Positions 1-9,698 of a DNA stretch of 40,310 bases are shown here, one piece after another (the first letter of the stretch is position 1; each line of letters starts with the position of its first letter). The notes below the pieces were generated by a model. It did no database searches, was not told the DNA's origin, and worked only from the letters and a program-made list of their open reading frames with translations. The stretch is from assembly GCA_031372065.1 (NCBI GenBank), contig JANMKN010000393.1, forward strand, positions 1-40,310, in the 5' to 3' direction. Made by a program: the position numbers and the translations under genes. Origin of the DNA: Abditibacteriaceae bacterium (lineage in GTDB: Bacteria > Armatimonadota > Abditibacteriia > Abditibacteriales > Abditibacteriaceae).

Positions 1-1
1 C

Positions 2-295
2 TGCATCGCGCGGCTGATTTTCAAATTGGATTCTGTGGGCAGAAGGAGACGCCGACCACGAATTTTCGCCGCCCACAGTCACTTCGGTTACCTCATCGCC
101 GATGAGGTTTTCGATACGCACGTTGGCGCCTTTAAACCAAATGCGTTTGCCGCGTTTTTGCCCAACGGCAACGCCCTCTTTTGTGCCGTATTCCAAAGTA
201 ACAATGTAGCCCGAAGCGGGTTCAGCGCGAACTGATAAATTCGCGCTAAACAACAGAAAAAACGCCAGAAACCAGCGCCACTTGATTGAATTCAT
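2..295 (-). CDS. Secreted hypothetical protein, 5' part (runs off window start)
   Basis: Hand translation from ATG 295: MNSIKWRWFLAFFLLFSANLSVRA|EPASGYIVTLEYG..., open to the window edge; classical signal peptide; directly downstream of the FKBP gene on the same strand. Confidence 0.7.
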   Translation of the reverse strand, partial: MNSIKWRWFLAFFLLFSANLSVRAEPASGYIVTLEYGTKEGVAVGQKRGKRIWFKGANVRIENLIGDEVTEVTVGGENSWSASPSAHRIQFENQPRDA

Positions 296-314
296 TGTTT
301 TCGTTTTCACAACA

Positions 315-764
315 TCAGCGCACTTCCATCAATTCAATATCAAAAATCAGCGTTGCATTGGGTGGAATTTTCGGCGGCACTCCTTTGGCACCATAAGCCA
401 TATCAGGCGGAATATGAAGGCGGCGTTTGCCGCCAACTTTCATGCCTACTAAACCTTTTTGCCAACCGTCAATCACATGATCTTTTCCCATACGAAAAAA
501 GTAGGGCTGCCCGTCATCCCACGAAGAATCGAACTGCTTACCATCTGTAAGCAAGCCGGAATAATGAAGGACAATGATTTTCCCATCAACTGCCACCGCG
601 CCGGTGCCGATGACAAGGTCATCTATAATAAGTTTGTTTACGTTGGAAAATGAAGTTGCTCCTGCTGTGGCATCGCGCGTTGATCCTCGACGTGCCACGA
701 AAAATCCGGCGCCCGCCAAAACAAAGCAGGGCAACAATATCACAATAATTTGTTTACTTCGCAT
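315..764 (-). CDS. FKBP-type peptidyl-prolyl cis-trans isomerase with N-terminal membrane anchor/signal
   Basis: Motifs HYSGLLTDGKQFDSS, VIDGWQKGLVGMKVGGKRRLHIPPDMAYG, IPPNATLIFDIEL; start placed at ATG 764 behind GGAGG. Confidence 0.95.
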   Translation of the reverse strand: MRSKQIIVILLPCFVLAGAGFFVARRGSTRDATAGATSFSNVNKLIIDDLVIGTGAVAVDGKIIVLHYSGLLTDGKQFDSSWDDGQPYFFRMGKDHVIDGWQKGLVGMKVGGKRRLHIPPDMAYGAKGVPPKIPPNATLIFDIELMEVR

Positions 765-830
765 AAGAACCTCCTCCAAAGAGTGGTCAGAGTTTGACAC
801 TAAGCCTTAAAGCGATAACACACGAATTAG

Positions 831-2849
831 TTATGGAATTAAGATATGTCCGGTGCGGCCCTGCCAACCGTCTATCAAAAGCCAGAATAGCATCATAAAA
901 ATGTCACCGAGAGCCAATCCTAAGAAAAACGGCATAGTCGCGCGATAACTGGAGTTGCCGCCGAAGCGCGTAATCAGTGCTTTGCAAAGCCAACCGAGAA
1001 ACGCCGAAAGCCATAAATTATGCATCGCCCACGAAATCGCCATGACATAACCCGTGGGATGCAAAGGAAACCACAGAAAACGCGAACGCAAAAAGGCCAT
1101 GCCCAGAACCATACACGCGCCGAATATCATCCAGCCAAAAACCAAAAACGGTTGCGTTGGTTCGCCCCGTCCGAAAGTATCAATTTGCCCACCGACAATT
1201 TGCGGCGCACTGCGCGGCACGAAAATGTTGGCTAACGCAAGCGAGCCATTTTGGTAGCTGAGATGCACCTGCATCCAAATAGCGATAAGAAACGAAACGA
1301 TCATCGCAGAGGCCAAAAGCAGCCACAAAGGGCGCTGCGGAATTTTGCGATCTGAAGCGAGTTTGAGCGCGCTAATCCACGACGGCATCAAACACGAGCG
1401 CATATCACCGGGATACGAAATCATCACCGAAGCGGCGGCGGCATCGCCAAGCGGCGTGCCCGGTCCAGCGCCAAACGCGTGTGACCAAATCAAAAGTGGT
1501 GGGTGCGCTTTGCCGATAAAAAGTAGGCCACTGTCGGCCAAAACGCGCGATAGCACCATCGAAATCGTTAAATACGAAGTCCAAAACAAAAGCGCAATCA
1601 ATGGATGGACGCCCGCGAAAATCGCCCAAGCGACGAGATACGAAAACGCCGCCATTAGGCCCCAAAACGCGACGGGATAAGGCATCGCTTCGCTGCTTTC
1701 TTTGATGGTGCGCGGCGCTTTGCCGAAAGCGCGTTTGAGAACATGAGAAAAATGCTCACGGCCCGTCCAAAAAATTAGACCGGCAATTGCTAAATAGGCG
1801 CCGACTTCCTGATAACCGGCGAAGGCTTTGCCGCCTGCCGACATTCCCGCTGGCAACGAACTGGGCGGATAGCCAAGATAATACGCGGCGATGAGTTGGA
1901 ACTTGAAAAACCAAAAGAAAAACCACAGCGAAAACGAGATTTCTGTGGTCAGCAAATACGATAAGCCCAGCGCCAAAGGGAACACTTTAAAAACCATGGT
2001 GCCGGTCTGATTCCATGGCACTTCAGAAAATAATCCGGCAACAGGAATCTCCAGCGGCACAAGCGGCACATCAGGAAAATACAAATTGGCGCCGTTTAAA
2101 AGTTGAATTAACGCCGCAACCGCAAAACCACACCACATTCGCGGATTGCGCCAAAAATCGCCGCTAAGTTGGGCATTGTCTTCATGCGCCGTCATTTCCA
2201 TCGGCAGGCGCAATAGTGGAAACGAGAGTGCTTCGTTTTCGCACCATTGGGCGCGCAAGATGACGCTGAGACAGCCCGTCATGAGCATGGTGACGATGCC
2301 AACGCTTGACCACGCGCAAAGCGGCACCAGCCATTTGGCCCACGGCACAAGGCCGCCGTTGCCGCTGAAAAAATCGTTGACCAAAGCCGCACGATAATGC
2401 CCGTTTTCATCCAAGGCGGGCGTCATCCACGGTGGCAAATGCTGCAATTGTTCGAGCCATTTATTTTCCGGCGTGGCATAGTAAAACGCGCCGACAATAT
2501 AAGTCGGCCAATAAATGTTGCCGCCGATTCCCGCCACCAAACACGAAAATAAGCACGACAAATAAATTGTGTGTTGCTCATCGCGCGCCAGTCGCAAGCG
2601 TCCGTTGCATTTTGCCAAAAGCGGATTGAGCACCACTAAAACCAGCAGCGTAATTACCGCGCCCGGCGCGAAATGTTGTGAGCCAAGATAGGTATTATTC
2701 AGCTTGAGATCAATAACCGGAATAACATAACCAAAAAACGCCGCCAGAAGCAAACTGAGGCTTATAGAGCGCCACGTTAAGGCGCGCAAGCGAGTTTCTG
2801 GCTCAATCTTCGCTGGCGGCGCGGCTTGAGTTGTTTGGTTTTCGATCAT
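831..2849 (-). CDS. Polytopic membrane protein, DUF6785/DUF6784 (OPT-like putative transporter) type
   Basis: 672 aa with many TM segments; LRAQWCENEALSFPL, WFPLHPTGY and PFFLGLALGD motifs typical of the family. Confidence 0.75.
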   Translation of the reverse strand: MIENQTTQAAPPAKIEPETRLRALTWRSISLSLLLAAFFGYVIPVIDLKLNNTYLGSQHFAPGAVITLLVLVVLNPLLAKCNGRLRLARDEQHTIYLSCLFSCLVAGIGGNIYWPTYIVGAFYYATPENKWLEQLQHLPPWMTPALDENGHYRAALVNDFFSGNGGLVPWAKWLVPLCAWSSVGIVTMLMTGCLSVILRAQWCENEALSFPLLRLPMEMTAHEDNAQLSGDFWRNPRMWCGFAVAALIQLLNGANLYFPDVPLVPLEIPVAGLFSEVPWNQTGTMVFKVFPLALGLSYLLTTEISFSLWFFFWFFKFQLIAAYYLGYPPSSLPAGMSAGGKAFAGYQEVGAYLAIAGLIFWTGREHFSHVLKRAFGKAPRTIKESSEAMPYPVAFWGLMAAFSYLVAWAIFAGVHPLIALLFWTSYLTISMVLSRVLADSGLLFIGKAHPPLLIWSHAFGAGPGTPLGDAAAASVMISYPGDMRSCLMPSWISALKLASDRKIPQRPLWLLLASAMIVSFLIAIWMQVHLSYQNGSLALANIFVPRSAPQIVGGQIDTFGRGEPTQPFLVFGWMIFGACMVLGMAFLRSRFLWFPLHPTGYVMAISWAMHNLWLSAFLGWLCKALITRFGGNSSYRATMPFFLGLALGDIFMMLFWLLIDGWQGRTGHILIP

Positions 2850-2968
2850 CGTTCTACATAGTGCGGGCCGATGAAAAATGGAATCCGCTCATGCTTTTCG
2901 CTGTGTATATTTTTCTCCTGCGTATGTTCAGATGAATGACACCTCTGTATATACTCAAAATACCCAGC

Positions 2969-4138
2969 ATGAAAAAGTCTGCATCGTTCGCCAGCGTTAA
3001 GCCGGCGCTTTATCAAAATATCGTGCGCGATGTGCAAACGCGCATCGAAAGCGGCGAACTGGCGCCCGGTGCGCGTTTGCCTTCGATAAATGCGCTGTGT
3101 TTTCAACATAAAGTCAGCACCATTACAGTGCGCACTGCTTTGCGCGAATTGGGCGCGAAAGGTCTTGTCGCAAGCCAAGCGCGCCGTGGTGTTTTCGTTT
3201 GCGAAAAATCGCTCGACAAAGTGAAATCGGCAGGTCTGCTACAAAATGCCATTGCCGTTTTATCGCTGCTGCCGCTTGAAGAAAATGCCGAACTCTCAAC
3301 CAGCAACTGGGCACGCGCCATTGGCCAAGGCGCTTATCAAGCCATCGAAAAGGCCGGATTTCACGCCTTTTCCTTGCATCCCAACCGTTTTAGCGAAACC
3401 GATATAGCACATTTGGCCGTCGCTAAACCGTTGGGCGTTGTCTTCACCGAGCTGCACACGCAACGGCAGCGAGCCATGCACATCGCCGAGGCACTGACCG
3501 CCTGCGGCGTTCCTCTGGTAGTTTACGGCGGCGCACCGGAATTGGCCGCGTATGACCGCGTATTATCCGATCACGAGGCTGGCTCTTATGCTTTGACACG
3601 CTATTTGATTCAAAAAGGTTGCAAGCGCCTTTTGAACGTGTGGACAGAAAGCGAAACCGGCTATTGGTTTACGCGTCGCCGCACCGGTTACGAGCGTGCC
3701 TTGCGGGAAGCGCACATAGAACCATTGCCCGATTTAATTGTGCCGCCGTTTATCGCGCCTCATGGAAAACGCGAAGAATTTGAAAACTCGGTGCGCCGTC
3801 TTGCCAGTTTTTTCATTGAGCCGTTTTCAGATTCATCACCCGTTGATGGGTTGTTAATGGCTACTGATGTTGATGCGATTGCTGCTGCTGCCGCCTGTCG
3901 CTTGTTTGGTAAAAAGCCAAACCATGACGTGCTCATTGCCGGTTATGACAACTTTTGGCAGGCGTGTGGCGAACGGCAATTTGAACCGTGTGCGCCTTTG
4001 GTCACCATAGACAAATGCGATGCGGCCACAGGGCAGTCTTTAGTGCAATTGTTGTTGGATCGCGTGGCGGCGCGCCTGCCGCATGAGCCGCAATCGCGCC
4101 TGACCCTTCCCCAATTAATTGAAGTCGAAAATTCGTGA
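2969..4138 (+). CDS. GntR-family transcriptional regulator with LacI-type sugar-binding C-terminal domain (AraR-like architecture)
   Basis: wHTH LYQNIVRDVQTRIESGELAPGARLPS...VSTITVRTALREL...RRGVFV; C-terminal DHEAG..., RRTGY, IAGYDN; start 2969 or 2936. Confidence 0.9.
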   Translation: MKKSASFASVKPALYQNIVRDVQTRIESGELAPGARLPSINALCFQHKVSTITVRTALRELGAKGLVASQARRGVFVCEKSLDKVKSAGLLQNAIAVLSLLPLEENAELSTSNWARAIGQGAYQAIEKAGFHAFSLHPNRFSETDIAHLAVAKPLGVVFTELHTQRQRAMHIAEALTACGVPLVVYGGAPELAAYDRVLSDHEAGSYALTRYLIQKGCKRLLNVWTESETGYWFTRRRTGYERALREAHIEPLPDLIVPPFIAPHGKREEFENSVRRLASFFIEPFSDSSPVDGLLMATDVDAIAAAAACRLFGKKPNHDVLIAGYDNFWQACGERQFEPCAPLVTIDKCDAATGQSLVQLLLDRVAARLPHEPQSRLTLPQLIEVENS

Positions 4139-4154
4139 AATGAAAGTGAATTCC

Positions 4155-7100
4155 ATGTCGAAATTTCTGAAAACCATCGCCGCCGTTCTGCTTATTTCAA
4201 GTGCCGCACTTGCGCAGGAGATGCCGCTTATAGCGCATTATGCGCTGGAGCCAAATGCGCAAAACACGCAAATTTTAACCGATAGCGGGCCGCAAAAACT
4301 GAACGGCGCTATCGGCAACGGCGCGCGTTTTGTGCCCGGAAAAATCGGTCAGGCCCTCGAATTTACCGGACAAGGCGATAGCCGCGCGCGGGTGGGCAAA
4401 GTTGGTTTTATCGGCCAATTGAGCGATAAAATCACCATCACAGCATGGCTCAAAATTGATGATTATAAAAACGCTGGCGGCTTCATCGCCAAGCGAGCCG
4501 ATAATGTGGCAGCGCCGTTTTCTCTTTCAATCGGACAAAACGGCGAACTGGGTTTTGAAGGTAATAACGGGCAAGACTGGGAGAATCTCTTCACCGGCCC
4601 GAACACAGTGCCAAAAGCCCAGTGGTTTCACATGGCGTTTGTTTATCATGCAGGCAACGAAGCACGCTTTTACGTAAATGGCAAGCAAGTGGGCGCCAGA
4701 AAAATGAGCCGTGCATTGGCTTCTAACGATCAAGATTTCGTTTTAGGCGCCGACCCGTTTCGCGGCGCCTTCAAGGGCACCTTGGACGAAGTGAAATTGT
4801 TCGCTACGGCCCTTACCTCAGAGCAAATTCAAAGCGAAGTCAACGGTCAGTTTCTGCTAACGCGCGCCGCGAAAAACGAAGATTTCTCGCCGCCGACCCA
4901 TCTGGTTAAATTCGCTTTGGTGCGCTTCGACCAGCCGATTGGCAGGCAGGAAGGCTATGGCCGCACGCGCATTACCGCGCAGAAAAAAGCTGGCCCGGAC
5001 GCCATTGACTGGCCGCAGATTACTTTAGACAACAATCCCATTTTGGAAAAATCGGGAGAACAGAACATAGATTTGCCACTGCGCGAAAATGGCAAAGAGC
5101 GCCCGCTCTGGCAGCAGCCTTACGATCAAATTGTGCAGCCCGGCAATCACTGGGTTCGCGCCGTGCAATGGATGTGGGGCCAGCGTTACGCTTATACCAC
5201 TGACCGCACCGCGCGCACATGGCACAACGATTATGAACTTTGGACTTTTCCAATTCTGCTCCAAGGCGCCGGGCAAAATGATGTGCGCGATGTTGTTTTG
5301 AAATACGACGGCAAAATTATCTATCAAAATGCCGGGCCGCTTCGTTCTCTGACTTTGCTGCTACCACAAAACGAAACCGGCAAAAAATACGAATTAGCCG
5401 TAGCTAATGGCGCACCAATTTCTTTTGATGCCGGCCTGTTGCCCATAAAAATCGGTGAACCGCAAAACCACGTCATTCCGCTTGATTTTACACTGGTCGG
5501 CACGCCAAAAATCTCTGTAAAAAACGCGCCGCCCGCTTTTGCAAACCCAAAAGAGTGGGAAGAGGATTTAGCAGCCATGCGCGCGGTGTTATTGCCTAAG
5601 GCCGCACAGGATGTTTTAGAAGCGCGCCTGAAAACTGTTTCTTTTGCCGAGAATGGTGTGCCGCTTTTGGCTTCTTTTTCGATGGAGCCGAACTTGAAAA
5701 ATCCAATGCAGTTTTTGGATTTTGGGCCTTTGCAATTCGACGGCGAATTGCAAGATGGCGCAACTTATGATGGCAATGGAAAACGCGATAACGCCTTGCG
5801 TTTGAATGGAGCAAAATCACGCGCCGTTATTACGCAAGCGCCGTCGTTGACCGCGCCGCAAGGCCCTTTCACCTTTACCATTTGGGTGCGGCCTGAAGCC
5901 ATGCCGCAAAACGATAGCGTGGCTTACATTGTCAGCACGCGCAGTAGTTGGCACGTTTCCAAGCCGTGGTCACTGCGTTTGGCGCCCGATGGCAACTGGG
6001 GTTTTGAAGGCCACGATGGAGAATGGAAACAGCAGTGGGCCGATGCACGTCTTCAAGCCGGTAAGTGGCAGCACCTCGCGTTGAGTTTCGCTCCCGGTGG
6101 CGACATGGTTTTTTATCTGGATGGCAAGGAAGTCAAGCGCGCAAAAGCGCCCACCAAATTGACGCCCGGCACGCAGCCCTTGGTTTTTGGTTACGAAGAA
6201 GGCGGCGACTTTCCCGGCGGCGCCCGCAGCGGTTTCAAGGGCTTGCTTGACGAAGCCAAATTCTATGGCGCGGCCCTTTCCAAGGAACAAATCCAATCCG
6301 ATTTGCAAGGCACACTGGCGGTGCGCCTGCCCGAAGGCGTAACACCGAAAGTTCGCACGATTAATGCGGCCCCAACAATTGCAACGACGCCCGCTGTGCC
6401 CAACACCCCTCAGAAAAATGCCCAGCGGTCGCCGATTTCGATTTATGCCATCAACCCGCCACACGGCATGGGCGGCGGCGCGTTTTTCTTTGGTGGCGAG
6501 CATTTGAAAAAATTCTCCGGCAGTGCCGCGCAATACGCCGATTATTTGGCAAATCTCGGTATTGATCGGGTTTGGGAAAAGCAATGGAACGATGATTATG
6601 CACGGGCCTTGCAAGTTAAAGGCATCCAATTCGGCTATATTCCCGGCACAAGTTGGGGACGCCCCTTTCTATCCCATCCCAATCTGGCGTTTTTCGCCGC
6701 CACGCTACCCGATTGGCACGCGCCTCTTTACCGCGATTTGCAATTGCACGCGCAAAATCTAAAGCAATACTCCAACTTTGCCGGCCTTGCGATTGGCGCC
6801 GATAACGGCGGCTATGTTTCGTTTTGGGATTGGGCGCCACCGATTCCCAACCGTCCATGGGGCGAAGCATTCGTGCCTTTCCAACAAGGCAAAACACTGA
6901 AAATTCCGATGCCGCAACATTTAGGCGGCAAAGAAACCGTGCGCGAATTTACCGATTACATCGCGCGCTACGATGAAACGTTCAAGCAATACACTACTTC
7001 GCCAAAGCTGTGCGCGAAGTTGATCCACAATTAGCTTTTTTCACCGGCAGTTTTGGTAGTTCTCCGGGCGTTGGCGGGCGCGGCGGCTGGCCGTGGGCCA

Positions 7101-8680
7101 CAATTCCCGGCGCGCCAATCAATGAAGGCTTAGATGTCATGCAAGCCTATGATTGGAACGAGGTTTCTTCTTCAAAGCCAATGCATTTACCGGCTTTGAT
7201 TGACCGCTTGAAATCTTATTTTCCCGCGAAATCAGCTTCTGCCTTAGTGGACGATTTTCGTTTATTTTTCGGACGCGAAGCGCGCCAGCGTGCTTATCTT
7301 TTGGCCTTGACGCGCGGCATTGATTCCATTGGCACAACATTCTTGGCAGCGCCCAATGGTGACGAAGCGAAACCACAAACCATTGCCGATCAAAAAGAGC
7401 TTTTTGCGTGGATTCACAAATACGGAGGCATCTATAAAGGCACGCAGCCATTGGCATCCGTCGGTGTGCTTTATGTGCATCCGCAAGCCCTTTTGCGACG
7501 CGTGAATCAAGATGCCAATGCGAATGACGACGCATTATTGCAGGGTTCGCACGAAGGAAAAACAACCGAAGCGCTCTGGCTGTGCCACGCCGCCGGATGG
7601 CCCGCAAAAATCGTTACGCCCGAAGAATTAAAGCGCGGTTTAGCGCCGGAAATGAAAGTCTTGCTATTGGCTGGTTTGAATCGTTTCGACGATTCATGGT
7701 TATGGTCGCAAGGCTTGGAAACGCAGCTAAAAGCGTTCGTTGCGGGCGGAGGAAAAATCGTAATGGACGATGAATCAGTTGTCCCGAACGGCATCGCAGC
7801 TACAAAAACAGCTTTGAAAATTCGCTCCTACGTCACGCAAAGCGACACCGATTGGACGCCCAAATTATTCGCGCGCAACCAAGAGAATATCCAAATTTTA
7901 CGCGCCGCGTTGCAGAACGTCGAAAAGCCTATCGCAACCTCGGATAATCCCACCATTTGGGCCATTCCGCATCAAACCGGCGATGTCATTTATGTCACTG
8001 TCGTCAACTGGGGCTACGACGGAACAAAAAACGCCAGCCAGTTCGTCAAGCCGCAAACAGGCAAGATCAATTGGAACACCACACGGCCCATTTATGATGT
8101 GCGCAGCGGCAAAAAGCTGACTTCGCAAGAAGCGCAAACGGTGGATTTAACCAAAGAAGGTTTCGCTGTTTTCGCTTTGCCTGCAACAGGAAATTTTGTA
8201 GTGCCAAGCATGGCTTCAATGGTTCAAACGGCCCGCGCCACAGCAAAAGAAGCCTCGCCGCAAGCATCAAATGATTTCTTGACACGCAAAGACACGCCCT
8301 TGATTATTGCGCTGACAACAGAGCAAAGCGGCGATACAAAAATGCAAGAGTTAGCGAAGAAACTGAGAGGTTTTTACGCAAAGAAAAACCGCAAGGCCGA
8401 AATTCGCGCCATCGTGCCAGACGAGATAATTCGTGGCTTGCAACCATTAAATTTGCAACCCTTTCCACGCTGGCAAACCGTTGAAGCCGATTTGATTTTG
8501 CTGGGCAGTGCGCAAAACAATTTGTTGATTTTCGACCAAATGCGCGGCGGCTTATTAAACGGTAGCGGCCCCCGTGTCGAAGTAACATATTCTCCTTTTG
8601 TCGGAGAACAGCAAGTGTTGAATATCATGGGCGACAGCATCAGCGATTTGGAAAAATCAGTGGCACAAATTGCGCGCTAA
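4155..8680 (+). pseudogene. Large secreted protein with two LamG/concanavalin-A-like domains and a glycoside-hydrolase-like C-terminal region, split by a 1-nt frameshift near 6993 (ORFs 4119-7034 and 7010-8680)
   Basis: Signal peptide MSKFLKTIAAVLLISSAALAQ; two LamG repeats (WFHMAFVY...FYVNG...FKGTLDEVK; WQHLALSF...FYLDG...FKGLLDEAK); at 6981 ttc aag caa tac ac tac ttc gcc, where one added base gives FKQY-x-YFAKAVREVDP. Confidence 0.7.
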
Positions 8681-8738
8681 AAGCGTGTCCTAACGCGTAG
8701 TTACTACAGCAGCTAACGATTTGGAGGCTACAAAACAC

Positions 8739-9698
8739 CTAAACGCGCCGCGCGTTTTCCATAATTTTTAGTTGCCACGCCACATTTTGCTCGCCTTCGG
8801 CGCCTGAAACAGGCACCTCTATTTCGCCTTTGCAAGCGCGCACGAAATCGCCGATTAGCAAATCTACCAAGTCGGGCAATTCGGTTTCGCGGCCATCCGG
8901 CGACGTTAAAAAACTCACGAAATCGCCGCTCGCATTTTTGCGCCCCGCGTAGCCGATTTTCTGCCCGTTGAAGGCAAAATAGCGCTGCGGAGGGTTCGCT
9001 TCGGGGTCAAAGCGCACAACAATACGCGCCTTTATCGGCCCATTTGGGCCTTCCAGCGTAAACGAAGCCTTTGATTCGCGTTCGCCGATGGTGGCTTCGA
9101 TGTTTTTCGGTTCGCCGTTGGGCGCTATTTTTTGCAAAACACTGAGCGGATGCGGCGACAAATCAATCCAGATTTGCTCGAAGTCGCGCTTGTCTTTGAT
9201 GTTCTTGGTTTCCATCATCATTTCGTATTCGCGCACTTCGCCCTTGGCAACGCCCACCGCTTCTATAAGAAATTTCGTGGCCGGGCCATATTGCATTTGC
9301 GTGCCGAAAACAAGATGGCGTTTCTTGGCTTCGCCCACCAATTGAGTGGCTTGCGCGATAAGTTCTTGCGGCGCCAGATTCGGGTCGTAAACTAACGGTT
9401 TTTCGCACAAAATGTGCGCGCCATGCTGCAAACAAGTCAACGCTTGCGCAAAATGTTGCGGTGGCGGCGACGAAACACAAACGATGTCCGGTTTTGCACT
9501 TTCCAACATCATTTCGACGCTGGTGTAACCGCGTCCGGCGAAGCCAAAAGCGTCTTGCAAATTCTGCTTCGTGCGTGCCATGCTTTGTTCCGAGGAGCCG
9601 ACAAAAGCGCACACTTCGCAGCCATGTTGATGAAACCAACGCGCATGATTTTTTCCGATGCCGGATGCACCAATAACAGCGACTTTTAAAGTGTTCAT
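8739..9698 (-). CDS. Gfo/Idh/MocA-family oxidoreductase
   Basis: Rossmann VAVIGASGIG and HILCEKPL motifs; ATG 9698 overlaps the upstream TGA (ATGA coupling). Confidence 0.9.
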   Translation of the reverse strand: MNTLKVAVIGASGIGKNHARWFHQHGCEVCAFVGSSEQSMARTKQNLQDAFGFAGRGYTSVEMMLESAKPDIVCVSSPPPQHFAQALTCLQHGAHILCEKPLVYDPNLAPQELIAQATQLVGEAKKRHLVFGTQMQYGPATKFLIEAVGVAKGEVREYEMMMETKNIKDKRDFEQIWIDLSPHPLSVLQKIAPNGEPKNIEATIGERESKASFTLEGPNGPIKARIVVRFDPEANPPQRYFAFNGQKIGYAGRKNASGDFVSFLTSPDGRETELPDLVDLLIGDFVRACKGEIEVPVSGAEGEQNVAWQLKIMENARRV

